This document shows, one piece after another, positions 9,090-17,362 of a stretch of DNA of 64,000 nucleotides. The notes under the pieces are model-generated. The model was not told the DNA's origin. It saw only the letters and a list, made by a program, of their open reading frames with translations, and searched no databases. Source of the stretch: a virus. Positions within the stretch are counted from its first letter, which is position 1, and each line of letters opens with the position of its first letter. Both the position numbers and the translations under genes were made by a program. The stretch is taken from IMG/VR virus record IMGVR_UViG_3300021600_000005, positions 26,169 to 90,168 of that record; one strand, 5' to 3'.

Positions 9090-9908
9090 TTATTTACCAA
9101 ATATTTCAATTTCCCAACCACCAAGAACATTATAAAACCAAGCATCGTTCATTAATGGTTCGAATTTTTTTATTCTATCATTTTCATGTTTTAATTTTTC
9201 CATTTGTTCGATATCTTCTTGTCTAATCGCTCTAACATTTATCATTCCGGGCCATTGATTACTTAAACATTCTATTTTTTTAATTGCCCATCTATCAACA
9301 GAACCAATAACTTTATATCCATCACCGTTTGCAAAAGACATACTTCCTATTGTTTCCCATCCCCAAGGTGTCCAATTTCTTTTAATATTTTTTAAAAACC
9401 ATTTTCGATTCCAGATAGAAAAAGCCGCTGCGTTTTGATATAAATTAACATTACCTGGTGCAGAGTCAATAAGAGATATAAATTCAATACCGTTTTTTTC
9501 AACGTATGGTTTTACATGATTTTTATCTCGAGCGTGTTGTAAAGAAGGTTGTAAATCAATTCTACCTACATTTTCGTTTAACAATTCCAAACAAGTTTCA
9601 AAAACTTCAATGTCAACAGGTCTTGCTATCATAAAATCATCTAATCCAAAAACAAAATATTCGTCTTTAATACTTGAAAAAAAATCAATTAAATAATTTG
9701 ACCAACCATCAGCTCCCCCAACCTGTTCTTTTCCCATTGAGATAAATTCAAAATTACTTTCTAATTTAAAATCTGGAGGGGTAAAACCTAAAATTTTAAC
9801 ATTTATATCTTTACTCCAATATTTGTTAAAAAAATATTGGAAATATTTTACAATGAATATATTACTATCACATGTTGAAATGTATACATTCAATTTATTG
9901 GTTGTCAT
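9090..9908 (-). CDS. Putative GT-A glycosyltransferase
   Basis: ISTCD, LDDF (DxD-like), SIWNR, TPWGWE. Confidence 0.6.
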   Translation of the reverse strand: MTTNKLNVYISTCDSNIFIVKYFQYFFNKYWSKDINVKILGFTPPDFKLESNFEFISMGKEQVGGADGWSNYLIDFFSSIKDEYFVFGLDDFMIARPVDIEVFETCLELLNENVGRIDLQPSLQHARDKNHVKPYVEKNGIEFISLIDSAPGNVNLYQNAAAFSIWNRKWFLKNIKRNWTPWGWETIGSMSFANGDGYKVIGSVDRWAIKKIECLSNQWPGMINVRAIRQEDIEQMEKLKHENDRIKKFEPLMNDAWFYNVLGGWEIEIFGK

Positions 9909-9918
9909 AACTTTTATA

Positions 9919-10344
9919 TTAATTTATTTTATTCATGTGTCTAATATAGTTTATTAATAAACTATCTATGTTTGCTTTACCAACTGGATTAGCTGATTGT
10001 ATATTGTATAATGGTAATGATTTATTATTATCTAAACAATAGTCAACTAACCATTTAGCACAATCAAACCCTGTTTTTTCTTTTTGTTTTAATAATCTTG
10101 ACTTTTTCTTAGTCATGCCTTTGGACCTTGCATCTAAAGACACGTCCATCCCTAAATCGTGGTCAAAACATATTGCTTCAGGTAATTCGTTATTTTTAAT
10201 CCAATTAATAAATTCGTTATAAGACTTAACCCATTCTATATGTTTTAAATCATCATTTAATATTGGACTAAATGTAACAACCCAGTGATTTTCAAACGGG
10301 TTTCTTACATCATCTAACCAAAGCAATGTCCCCTTATTTTTCAT
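9919..10344 (-). CDS. Cyclic-phosphate-processing receiver-domain protein
   Basis: LWLDDVR, FDHDLG, TGFDCAKWL, SANPVG. Confidence 0.75.
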   Translation of the reverse strand: MKNKGTLLWLDDVRNPFENHWVVTFSPILNDDLKHIEWVKSYNEFINWIKNNELPEAICFDHDLGMDVSLDARSKGMTKKKSRLLKQKEKTGFDCAKWLVDYCLDNNKSLPLYNIQSANPVGKANIDSLLINYIRHMNKIN

Positions 10345-11012
10345 AAGTTTTTTATTTCTTGTTTAACTTCATTCCAATAATTAAATCTTTTAGTTTCCCA
10401 TTGAACATTATCACTTCCATTCCAATTATAACATTCATTGATAATTTCGTAAACTGCGATTGTCGCCGCATGTTTACCACCATCTATTGTTAGGAGACAT
10501 TCGTTTTCGTATTTTTCAACTAGTTCTATTGCTTTTTCTTTTGGTGTCATAGTTTTATTTTCTTCAATATGTTCATATGCTCCATCTCTTTCTAATTCTT
10601 CAGGTGTTGCAAATGGTTTTAGACATTGTTCTTTCCAATATTGTTCTTCTAACTCCTCTGTCCAATCTTCAGTGTGTTCATATGCTCCATCTGGACCAAT
10701 TTGAAAGTCATCACTAATATATGGTTCATCTTCTAAACCATCATTTAACGTTACATCCCAATCCTTTAATTCAGATTCTTCAGGTGTAATTATCTTAGCG
10801 TATTTAGGAAAGTGCTCAGGTCCGTTGTTATCATAGCCAGCGACCATTTCAAATTCTACTTCTAAACCTTCATTAGAGTCGTATAGTTTTAACCCATCTA
10901 TATGGCCATTGTCTACTAATGGATACTGGTTGATTAGTTTAGCGTCTGGTCCTTCTTTAACCACTTGCTTTACTACCCACCCACGATTTGTTTTATTTAA
11001 TATTCCTTTCAT
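10341..11012 (-). CDS. Hypothetical mosaic acidic protein
   Basis: ORF with an internal DGAYEH duplication. Confidence 0.65.
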   Translation of the reverse strand: MKGILNKTNRGWVVKQVVKEGPDAKLINQYPLVDNGHIDGLKLYDSNEGLEVEFEMVAGYDNNGPEHFPKYAKIITPEESELKDWDVTLNDGLEDEPYISDDFQIGPDGAYEHTEDWTEELEEQYWKEQCLKPFATPEELERDGAYEHIEENKTMTPKEKAIELVEKYENECLLTIDGGKHAATIAVYEIINECYNWNGSDNVQWETKRFNYWNEVKQEIKNL

Positions 11013-11692
11013 ATTTCAATTATATTTCCGTTACTACTTAATTTACCAAACTTACCATCAGTTACTACACTTCCATTACTATAGATTGTATCACCTATTG
11101 ATAGTTTCATTGTTCCTGCATTAATGATGTCTTCGCTATTGTGGATATGACCAAACAAACATAGTTTAGGTTTTAAATTTAACATACGCTTTTTAAGTGA
11201 AGTATCACCACAAAATTCTAATTTACCAGTTACATCATAAGATAAGTCTAGTATTCCTTTTGGTGGTCCATGTACAACTACAATATTAGTATCATCAGGA
11301 ATATGTTTCCAAACCTCAGAAGTCTTAGCTCTATTCTTATTGAATGCCCATCCATTACCAAATGTTGGTGTGATTGGAGAACCCCATATTTTAATCCCTT
11401 CTATTTCAATCCAATCATTCTCCAAGTATATAATACCTGCTCTTTCAAAGTCATCTTTTTTAATAAAGTTTCTTTCAATACAAACGTCGTGATTACCTGC
11501 TACAAATACTTTATATTTGATTGGTAATAAGCTATACCAAGATATAAAACTTTGCATTTCATCTTCACTTAGGTAAGGGTCTCTTGGATTAGTAGCGTCT
11601 CCACTATGAATCACAATGTCAATATTTTCTGGAATATCTAATAACTCATGATATGTGTGAGTGTCCGATATATGCCATACTGTTTGTTTCAT
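11009..11692 (-). CDS. Calcineurin-like metallophosphoesterase
   Basis: ISDTH, HSGD, AGNHD, HGPP, FGHIH. Confidence 0.9.
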   Translation of the reverse strand: MKQTVWHISDTHTYHELLDIPENIDIVIHSGDATNPRDPYLSEDEMQSFISWYSLLPIKYKVFVAGNHDVCIERNFIKKDDFERAGIIYLENDWIEIEGIKIWGSPITPTFGNGWAFNKNRAKTSEVWKHIPDDTNIVVVHGPPKGILDLSYDVTGKLEFCGDTSLKKRMLNLKPKLCLFGHIHNSEDIINAGTMKLSIGDTIYSNGSVVTDGKFGKLSSNGNIIEI

Positions 11693-11693
11693 G

Positions 11694-12041
11694 TTATTTA
11701 GTTATTAGTTCGTAAGTTGAATTTTGTGTTTGAAATTTAATGTATCCTTCTCTTTGTTCCACTATCTCAGTAATTACCGTTGTAAGCCAAGTATAACTTA
11801 CTGGATGTGGATTTAATATTAATGACCTCCCAATAGACGGTTCATCATGTATTTCTTTACCTGTAGATTCACCAATTTCATTCCATTCAACCCAACCAAT
11901 ATTTGAACCTACATTAATTAAACCATCGTTTAATCTTTTTAAGGTATATTTTGACGGTTCATCTATTGGTACGATTGAATCGGATATTCTTGGTACGATT
12001 GAATCAGCATCATATTTATTTTGTTTTCCTATTTTGTTCAT
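11694..12041 (-). CDS. Hypothetical phage protein
   Basis: Clean ORF ending F.TQNSTY; short DSIVP tandem duplication. Confidence 0.7.
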   Translation of the reverse strand: MNKIGKQNKYDADSIVPRISDSIVPIDEPSKYTLKRLNDGLINVGSNIGWVEWNEIGESTGKEIHDEPSIGRSLILNPHPVSYTWLTTVITEIVEQREGYIKFQTQNSTYELITK

Positions 12042-12054
12042 ATTAGTCTTGTTT

Positions 12055-12156
12055 TTAAAATGACCATACTAAAAAAGGTATACTTAAAAATAACACTATT
12101 CCTAGTATTAATAATAAATGTGCTCCAACATATTCTATTTTTTCTTTTGTTATCAT
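12055..12156 (-). CDS. 33-aa single-TM microprotein
   Basis: MITKEKIEYVGAHLLLILGIVLFLSIPFLVWSF; ATGA coupling to the upstream ORF. Confidence 0.55.
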   Translation of the reverse strand: MITKEKIEYVGAHLLLILGIVLFLSIPFLVWSF

Positions 12157-12257
12157 TTTGTTATTAAATTTAATGAGTTTATTGATAAAAACAAAACACC
12201 AATAGTGGTAAAACCAATAATTAAAATTATTAGTATTTCAATCGGTGTTAAAAACAT
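12153..12257 (-). CDS. 34-aa single-TM microprotein
   Basis: MFLTPIEILIILIIGFTTIGVLFLSINSLNLITK. Confidence 0.55.
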   Translation of the reverse strand: MFLTPIEILIILIIGFTTIGVLFLSINSLNLITK

Positions 12258-12258
12258 T

Positions 12259-12369
12259 TTATTTATTTTCATATTTTCCAATTTTAATTAGTAATCCTAA
12301 AGATATTAACAATACCACAGCTCCAATTATTTTACTTGCGGCTTCATATGTATTATTAGATATTTCCAT
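12259..12369 (-). CDS. 36-aa single-TM microprotein
   Basis: MEISNNTYEAASKIIGAVVLLISLGLLIKIGKYENK; first gene after the promoter. Confidence 0.55.
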   Translation of the reverse strand: MEISNNTYEAASKIIGAVVLLISLGLLIKIGKYENK

Positions 12370-12396
12370 TTTAGTTTAACAATTAATTTATTCTTT

Positions 12397-12428
12397 CAAA
12401 GATACATTAAAATTTAAATATAAACAAA
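12397..12428 (-). promoter_or_regulatory. Bacteroidota housekeeping-type promoter for the leftward operon
   Basis: TTTG-N20-TATCTTTG on the minus strand. Confidence 0.7.
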
Positions 12429-12674
12429 TAAATTTATTTATAATTTAGTTCTTTTAACTTTTTTACCAACAGGCAGTTCGTTTGATTTATATTTTACCTC
12501 AACTTCATATGGGTTTATTGAACTTATTTTTGAATTATATTTCCATATGAATTTAGCAACGTCATTTTCAGAAATAACTTCCCATTTAAAATTATTTAAC
12601 GTTTTATTTTTTTCCATTTAACAATGATAGTTAAAAAATAGATAAAAACCTAATTAAATGTATTTATAAGAGGT

Positions 12675-13718
12675 ATGAATATTATAATTAAAGAACATCA
12701 ATATTTAAAAATATTAACTGAATCTTTAGGGGTTTCTAGAGCAAGTTTACATTATGTTAATGTGATTTATAAAATATTGGAACCTACGGTCTTAAAATTT
12801 TTAAATTCAAATCGTGATTTAAATGAAAAAATAAATATTGATTTAAATGATTTAAAGGAAGTTTATCAAGATTTTCCTGAAGATTATATTGAATTTCCAA
12901 TTGAACAAATTGTTATTAATCTTAATTGTAAAAAAATAAATAAAATTAATGACAATGCGAATTTTTTTTCTGGGGGAGGGGCTTATAGTATTAGACCAAA
13001 AAAAGAAAAAACAACCCATGTAAAAATTCCATCTAAATTCTTACCAAAATATGTTACAGACGAAATAAATAAAACTATTATTTCTGAGTTTGATTTTACG
13101 GTTACTATATTTAAAAACTATGAAGAAACTAATAAAGACGATTTATTGTTTTTATTACGTGATGCAATATCTCATGAATGTAACCATATGTTTGAGTATT
13201 ATAAAAGAAACGAAAACAATGCTCCCGATGTGGATAACAGATTTACCTGGTCAGGAGTTAAAAATTACAACGTACCTAAAAACATTTGGAATATTTGGGA
13301 ACAATTTACAACAATGCTTTATTTTTCTCAACCACAAGAAATGAATGCTATGACACAAGAAGTTTATAGTGTTAGTTTAAGGAAATCTTTTGAAGAATTT
13401 AAACAAGGTGGTTATTGGCGCTCCGCAATTGTTATGGAAAATTTTGACGCTGACGAATTTATGGACAATTTAGTTAATGAGATTAATAAATATAATCCAG
13501 ACTATATTAAACCTATACTAATAAATTTAAGAAATTGGTTTATAAAAGATTATGTAAATTATGGGGTTTCTGAAAAACTTCCAATAAATCAAAAACTTTT
13601 AAGTAAAAAAGAAATTTTTAGTTTGACAAAATTTTTTGAACCAAGAATACGGTTAGCCGGTAAAAAACTTAAATCTAATTTCATTAGGACTTTTTCTATC
13701 CCTAGAGAATCGATATAA
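12675..13718 (+). CDS. Hypothetical protein with zincin-like HExxH motif
   Basis: ISHECNH...EMNA; TATTTATA upstream. Confidence 0.65.
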   Translation: MNIIIKEHQYLKILTESLGVSRASLHYVNVIYKILEPTVLKFLNSNRDLNEKINIDLNDLKEVYQDFPEDYIEFPIEQIVINLNCKKINKINDNANFFSGGGAYSIRPKKEKTTHVKIPSKFLPKYVTDEINKTIISEFDFTVTIFKNYEETNKDDLLFLLRDAISHECNHMFEYYKRNENNAPDVDNRFTWSGVKNYNVPKNIWNIWEQFTTMLYFSQPQEMNAMTQEVYSVSLRKSFEEFKQGGYWRSAIVMENFDADEFMDNLVNEINKYNPDYIKPILINLRNWFIKDYVNYGVSEKLPINQKLLSKKEIFSLTKFFEPRIRLAGKKLKSNFIRTFSIPRESI

Positions 13719-13724
13719 TGACTG

Positions 13725-13760
13725 GTCAGAAGAAACATTAAATTTTAAGGTATTTATATA
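13725..13760 (+). repeat. Solo copy of the 36-nt repeat, fused to the TATTTATA motif upstream of P3
   Basis: GTCAGAAGAAACATTAAATTTTAAGGTATTTATATA. Confidence 0.75.
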
Positions 13761-13762
13761 AA

Positions 13763-14077
13763 ATGAAAATTAACATAACTAAAACACAAAGAGCAAGATT
13801 GGTTAAGGATTGGTTAAACGATATGTTTTCTGGTGCTGAAATAAAAAATACTGATTATGGTAATTCTTATTATATTAAAAATGAAAAAAACCTTGCTTTT
13901 CAGAATAAAAAAAATAAAGATTTTCGGTTTGATTACGACCTAATTTGGTCATTTTTAGAATCCATTTTTTCACTTGAATATGAAGAACTGCAATCTATCA
14001 CAAAAGACTGGTTGGACGAGACATTAAATTTGAAGGGATATACAACATCTTATTTACGCAACTTATCTTGGACATAG
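13763..14077 (+). CDS. Repeat-spacer-associated small protein, paralog P3
   Basis: Paralog family. Confidence 0.9.
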   Translation: MKINITKTQRARLVKDWLNDMFSGAEIKNTDYGNSYYIKNEKNLAFQNKKNKDFRFDYDLIWSFLESIFSLEYEELQSITKDWLDETLNLKGYTTSYLRNLSWT

Positions 14078-14112
14078 TTGGGCGAGACATTAAATTTGAA
14101 GGTATTTATATA
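14011..14112 (+). CRISPR. CRISPR-like mini-array (36-nt repeat, 30-nt spacer, repeat) overlapping the P3 3' end
   Basis: GTTGGACGAGACATTAAATTTGAAGGGATATACAAC / ATCTTATTTACGCAACTTATCTTGGACATA / GTTGGGCGAGACATTAAATTTGAAGGTATTTATATA. Confidence 0.55.
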
Positions 14113-14114
14113 AA

Positions 14115-14414
14115 ATGAAAATTAACATAACTAAAACACAAAGGGCAAGATTGGTTAAGGATTGGTTAAACGATATGTTTTCTGATACTGAAATAATTGA
14201 TTCTTATTATGTTAAAAATGGAAAAAAAATTGCTTTTCGGGAGAAAGAAAATAAAGAGTTTTGGTTTGATTATGACTTAATTTGGTCATTTTTAGAATCC
14301 ATGTTTTCACTTAAATATAAAGAACTGCAAGCTATTACAGAAGACTGGGTGGATGAAACATTAAATTTTAGGGGTTATACAACTTCGCCTCACATGTATC
14401 TCGAACAACGTTAG
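14115..14414 (+). CDS. Repeat-spacer-associated small protein, paralog P4
   Basis: Paralog family. Confidence 0.9.
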   Translation: MKINITKTQRARLVKDWLNDMFSDTEIIDSYYVKNGKKIAFREKENKEFWFDYDLIWSFLESMFSLKYKELQAITEDWVDETLNFRGYTTSPHMYLEQR

Positions 14415-14449
14415 GTGGATGAAACATTAAATTTGAAAGTAATTATATA
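14348..14449 (+). CRISPR. CRISPR-like mini-array overlapping the P4 3' end
   Basis: GGTGGATGAAACATTAAATTTTAGGGGTTATACAAC / TTCGCCTCACATGTATCTCGAACAACGTTA (30 nt) / GGTGGATGAAACATTAAATTTGAAAGTAATTATATA. Confidence 0.55.
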
Positions 14450-14451
14450 AA

Positions 14452-14757
14452 ATGAAAATTAACATAACAAAAACACAAAGAGCAAGATTGGTTAAGGAAT
14501 GGTTAAACGATATGTTTTCTGATGTTGAAATTATTGGTTCTTTTGATAATAGAGGAGTGACTTATAGTAAAAACGGAGAAAATATTGCTTTCCAGGATAA
14601 AAAAGATAAAGACTTTTGGTTTGATTATGATATAATTTGGTTATTTTTAGAATCTATGTTTTCGCTCGAATATGAAGAACTGCAATCCATTACAGAAGAC
14701 TGGTTGGAAAAAACATTAAATTTGAAAGGTTATAGAACGTCAGGGGCTCCAGTGTAA
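14452..14757 (+). CDS. Repeat-spacer-associated small protein, paralog P5
   Basis: Paralog family. Confidence 0.9.
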   Translation: MKINITKTQRARLVKEWLNDMFSDVEIIGSFDNRGVTYSKNGENIAFQDKKDKDFWFDYDIIWLFLESMFSLEYEELQSITEDWLEKTLNLKGYRTSGAPV

Positions 14758-14804
14758 TTAAACACATTTGTTGGATGAGACATTAAATTTAAGGGACAAA
14801 CAAG
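14703..14804 (+). CRISPR. CRISPR-like mini-array overlapping the P5 3' end
   Basis: GTTGGAAAAAACATTAAATTTGAAAGGTTATAGAAC / GTCAGGGGCTCCAGTGTAATTAAACACATTT (31 nt) / GTTGGATGAGACATTAAATTTAAGGGACAAACAAG. Confidence 0.55.
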
Positions 14805-14916
14805 TATATTAACTGACATTATGTCAGTTTTTTTATGCTTGGTATAATTTTTAATATGTGGGGTTTGTGCTTGACACATTAAAATTAAAAATATATATTT
14901 TAATAAAAAATTATTT

Positions 14917-16788
14917 ATGGGTAAAATTATTGGTATTGATTTAGGAACTACGAATTCGTGTGTTTCTGTAATGGAAAATGGGGAACCTGTTGTTATAACA
15001 AATAACGAAGGAAAAAGAACCACCCCCTCAATTGTTGGTTTTTTAAAAGATGGTGAAAGAAAAATTGGTGACCCGGCAAAAAGACAATCGGTTACAAATC
15101 CAACTAACACTGTTTATTCAATAAAAAGATTTATGGGGTTAAATTTTGACGAATCAAAATCAGAAATTAAAAAAGTACCTTATAAAGTTGTTAAAGGTGA
15201 TAATAATACAACTAGAGTTGATATTGACGGAAAATTATATTCTCCTCAAGAAATTTCATCAGTTATTTTACAAAAAATGAAACAAACTGCTGAAGATTAT
15301 TTAGGTCAAGAAGTGACTGAAGCGGTTATTACAGTTCCGGCTTATTTTAACGACGCTCAACGTCAATCAACAAAAGAAGCCGCAGAAATTGTTGGGTTAA
15401 AAGTTGCTAGAATTATTAATGAGCCTACAGCTGCCGCCTTAGCTTATGGTTTTGACAAAAAAGATAAAGATATGAAAATCGTTGTTTTTGATTGTGGTGG
15501 AGGAACTCACGATGTTTCAGTGTTACAATTAGGAGATGGTATTTTTGAAGTGTTATCTACTGACGGAAATACTCATTTAGGTGGAGATGATTTTGATGAC
15601 GTTATTATTGACTATTTAGTAAAAGAGTTTAAAAAAGATAATGGTATTGACCTTAAAAAAGATTCAATGGCGTTACAACGATTGAGAGAGGCGGCTGAAA
15701 AAGCTAAAATAGAACTTTCTTCGTCGATTTCAACTGAAATTAATTTACCTTACATTATGCCGGTAGACGGTATTCCTAAACATTTGGTTACTAATTTAAC
15801 AAGGTCAAAATTTGAACAATTAGTTAATGATTTAGTTAAAAAAACAATTAACCCATGTAAATCCGCTTTAGAAAAGGCTAAATTAAAAGTATCGGATATT
15901 GATGAAATTATTCTTGTTGGGGGGTCAACTCGTATTCCAGTTATTCAACAAGCGGTGAAAGACTTTTTTGGTAAAGAACCGTCAAAAAGTGTTAATCCTG
16001 ATGAAGTTGTTGCTCTTGGAGCCGCAATTCAAGGGGGAGTATTAGGTGGTGACGTTAAAGATGTTTTATTATTAGATGTTACTCCGTTATCCTTAGGTAT
16101 TGAAACTATGGGAGGTGTTTTTACTAAATTAATAGATTCAAATACAACTATTCCAACCAGACAGTCTCAAGTATTTTCGACAGCTGTTGATAATCAACCA
16201 AGTGTAGAAATACATGTTTTGCAAGGCGAACGTCCAATGTCATCCGATAACAAAACAATTGGAAGATTTCATTTAGATGGACTTCCTCCGGCTCGTAGAG
16301 GAACACCTCAAATTGAAGTGGTTTTTGATATTGACGCTAATGGTATTATAAATGTTTCAGCAATTGATAAAGCGACTGATAAAAAACAATCAATACGTAT
16401 TGAATCATCTACTGGTTTATCAAAAGAAGAAATTCAAAAAATGAAACAAGACGCTGAGTTAAACGCCGAATCAGACAAAAAGAAAAAAGAAGATGTTGAA
16501 ACGTTAAATACTGCGGACAACTTAATGTTTCAAACTGAGAAAACTTTAAATGAAAGTGAAACTAAAATTCCATCGGATAAAAAAACTGAAATTGATAACA
16601 CAATTAAAGAACTAAGACAACATCATTTAGAAAAAAATATTCCAATGGTTGAAAAATTAATGGGTGAACTTAATGAACAAATTCAAAAAGTTGTTAGTGT
16701 GATGTACGAATCAAAAGAACCTCAAGATAATTCCACAGAAAATTCTGGTGAAAACTTAACAGATGTTGAGTTTGAAAACGTTAAATAA
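14917..16788 (+). CDS. dnaK: Molecular chaperone DnaK (Hsp70)
   Basis: [61 protein letters not shown]. Confidence 0.98.
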   Translation: MGKIIGIDLGTTNSCVSVMENGEPVVITNNEGKRTTPSIVGFLKDGERKIGDPAKRQSVTNPTNTVYSIKRFMGLNFDESKSEIKKVPYKVVKGDNNTTRVDIDGKLYSPQEISSVILQKMKQTAEDYLGQEVTEAVITVPAYFNDAQRQSTKEAAEIVGLKVARIINEPTAAALAYGFDKKDKDMKIVVFDCGGGTHDVSVLQLGDGIFEVLSTDGNTHLGGDDFDDVIIDYLVKEFKKDNGIDLKKDSMALQRLREAAEKAKIELSSSISTEINLPYIMPVDGIPKHLVTNLTRSKFEQLVNDLVKKTINPCKSALEKAKLKVSDIDEIILVGGSTRIPVIQQAVKDFFGKEPSKSVNPDEVVALGAAIQGGVLGGDVKDVLLLDVTPLSLGIETMGGVFTKLIDSNTTIPTRQSQVFSTAVDNQPSVEIHVLQGERPMSSDNKTIGRFHLDGLPPARRGTPQIEVVFDIDANGIINVSAIDKATDKKQSIRIESSTGLSKEEIQKMKQDAELNAESDKKKKEDVETLNTADNLMFQTEKTLNESETKIPSDKKTEIDNTIKELRQHHLEKNIPMVEKLMGELNEQIQKVVSVMYESKEPQDNSTENSGENLTDVEFENVK

Positions 16789-16792
16789 AATG

Positions 16793-16820
16793 ACCCCTTC
16801 TTAAAAAAGAGGGGGTTTTT
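16793..16820. terminator. Intrinsic terminator between convergent genes
   Basis: ACCCCTTCTT-aaaa-AAGAGGGGGT followed by a T tract. Confidence 0.8.
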
Positions 16821-17034
16821 ATTTTTTCTTAGAGGTAAACTTATCAACTGATGAAAGTCCAAGACATCCAAATGCTAATAAAGCGACTGATTCTACTAAT
16901 ATATTAGAAGGAGCTTGGTCTAATGATGAAAATGAGTTATGATACATTGTAACACAAAGTGCTACCGTACAAAAAAGACCACAAACTCTTTTCATTGATA
17001 ATTTACCTGTTTCGTCAAAAAATAATTGCTTCAT
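16819..17034 (-). CDS. Two-TM small membrane protein (holin-like)
   Basis: GKLSMKR, two hydrophobic helices, GLSSVDKF and a basic tail. Confidence 0.6.
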   Translation of the reverse strand: MKQLFFDETGKLSMKRVCGLFCTVALCVTMYHNSFSSLDQAPSNILVESVALLAFGCLGLSSVDKFTSKKK

Positions 17035-17080
17035 AATGTTTTTTATTATAAATATTTACATTTTTTATTAAAGAACTATA

Positions 17081-17215
17081 TTAACGACCTTGTCCTTTAT
17101 ATTTTTTTGGTTTTTCCGATTTTGGACCAAAACTTTTTTTTAATTTTCCTGATTTTTTAACACCAAAAGTCACTTTCTTTGAGCCAGAGTCTTTTGAAAC
17201 TTTAGATTTTGCCAT
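17081..17215 (-). CDS. 44-aa Lys-rich basic protein ending YKGQGR (absent from the ORF track)
   Basis: MAKSKVSKDSGSKKVTFGVKKSGKLKKSFGPKSEKPKKYKGQGR; TATTTAT motif upstream. Confidence 0.7.
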   Translation of the reverse strand: MAKSKVSKDSGSKKVTFGVKKSGKLKKSFGPKSEKPKKYKGQGR

Positions 17216-17362
17216 AAATTATTTTTTTAAAATAAATATTGTTAAAACCATTTACTTTTAAAATATTGTTAAAATTATTTTATTTTTAATTAATATTTTT
17301 CAATTAATTTTTAATAAAATAAATTCAAACTATCATATATTTATTTAAAAAGAATTTCTTAA

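Noticed and set aside
14075-14449. TAG recoding or readthrough extending P3 and P4 in frame into the second repeat (LGETLNLKVFI, VDETLNLKVII)
   Set aside because: All long genes are intact under code 11, no suppressor tRNA is seen, and P5 stops with TAA mid-spacer; the frame is preserved simply because 36+30 is divisible by 3
467-14757. Diversity-generating retroelement as the source of paralog variation
   Set aside because: Differences are not adenine-specific, include indels and unrelated tails, and no reverse transcriptase is in the window
14739-14769. Self-targeting of the P5 spacer to the capsid gene (ACTGGAGC near 51517)
   Set aside because: Only an ~8-nt match, expected by chance; no full spacer match was noticed in this window by eye
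14917-16788. Bacterial chromosome origin suggested by dnaK, clpC, thyA and ssrA
   Set aside because: These genes lack bacterial operon context and sit among T4-like structural genes with uniform composition
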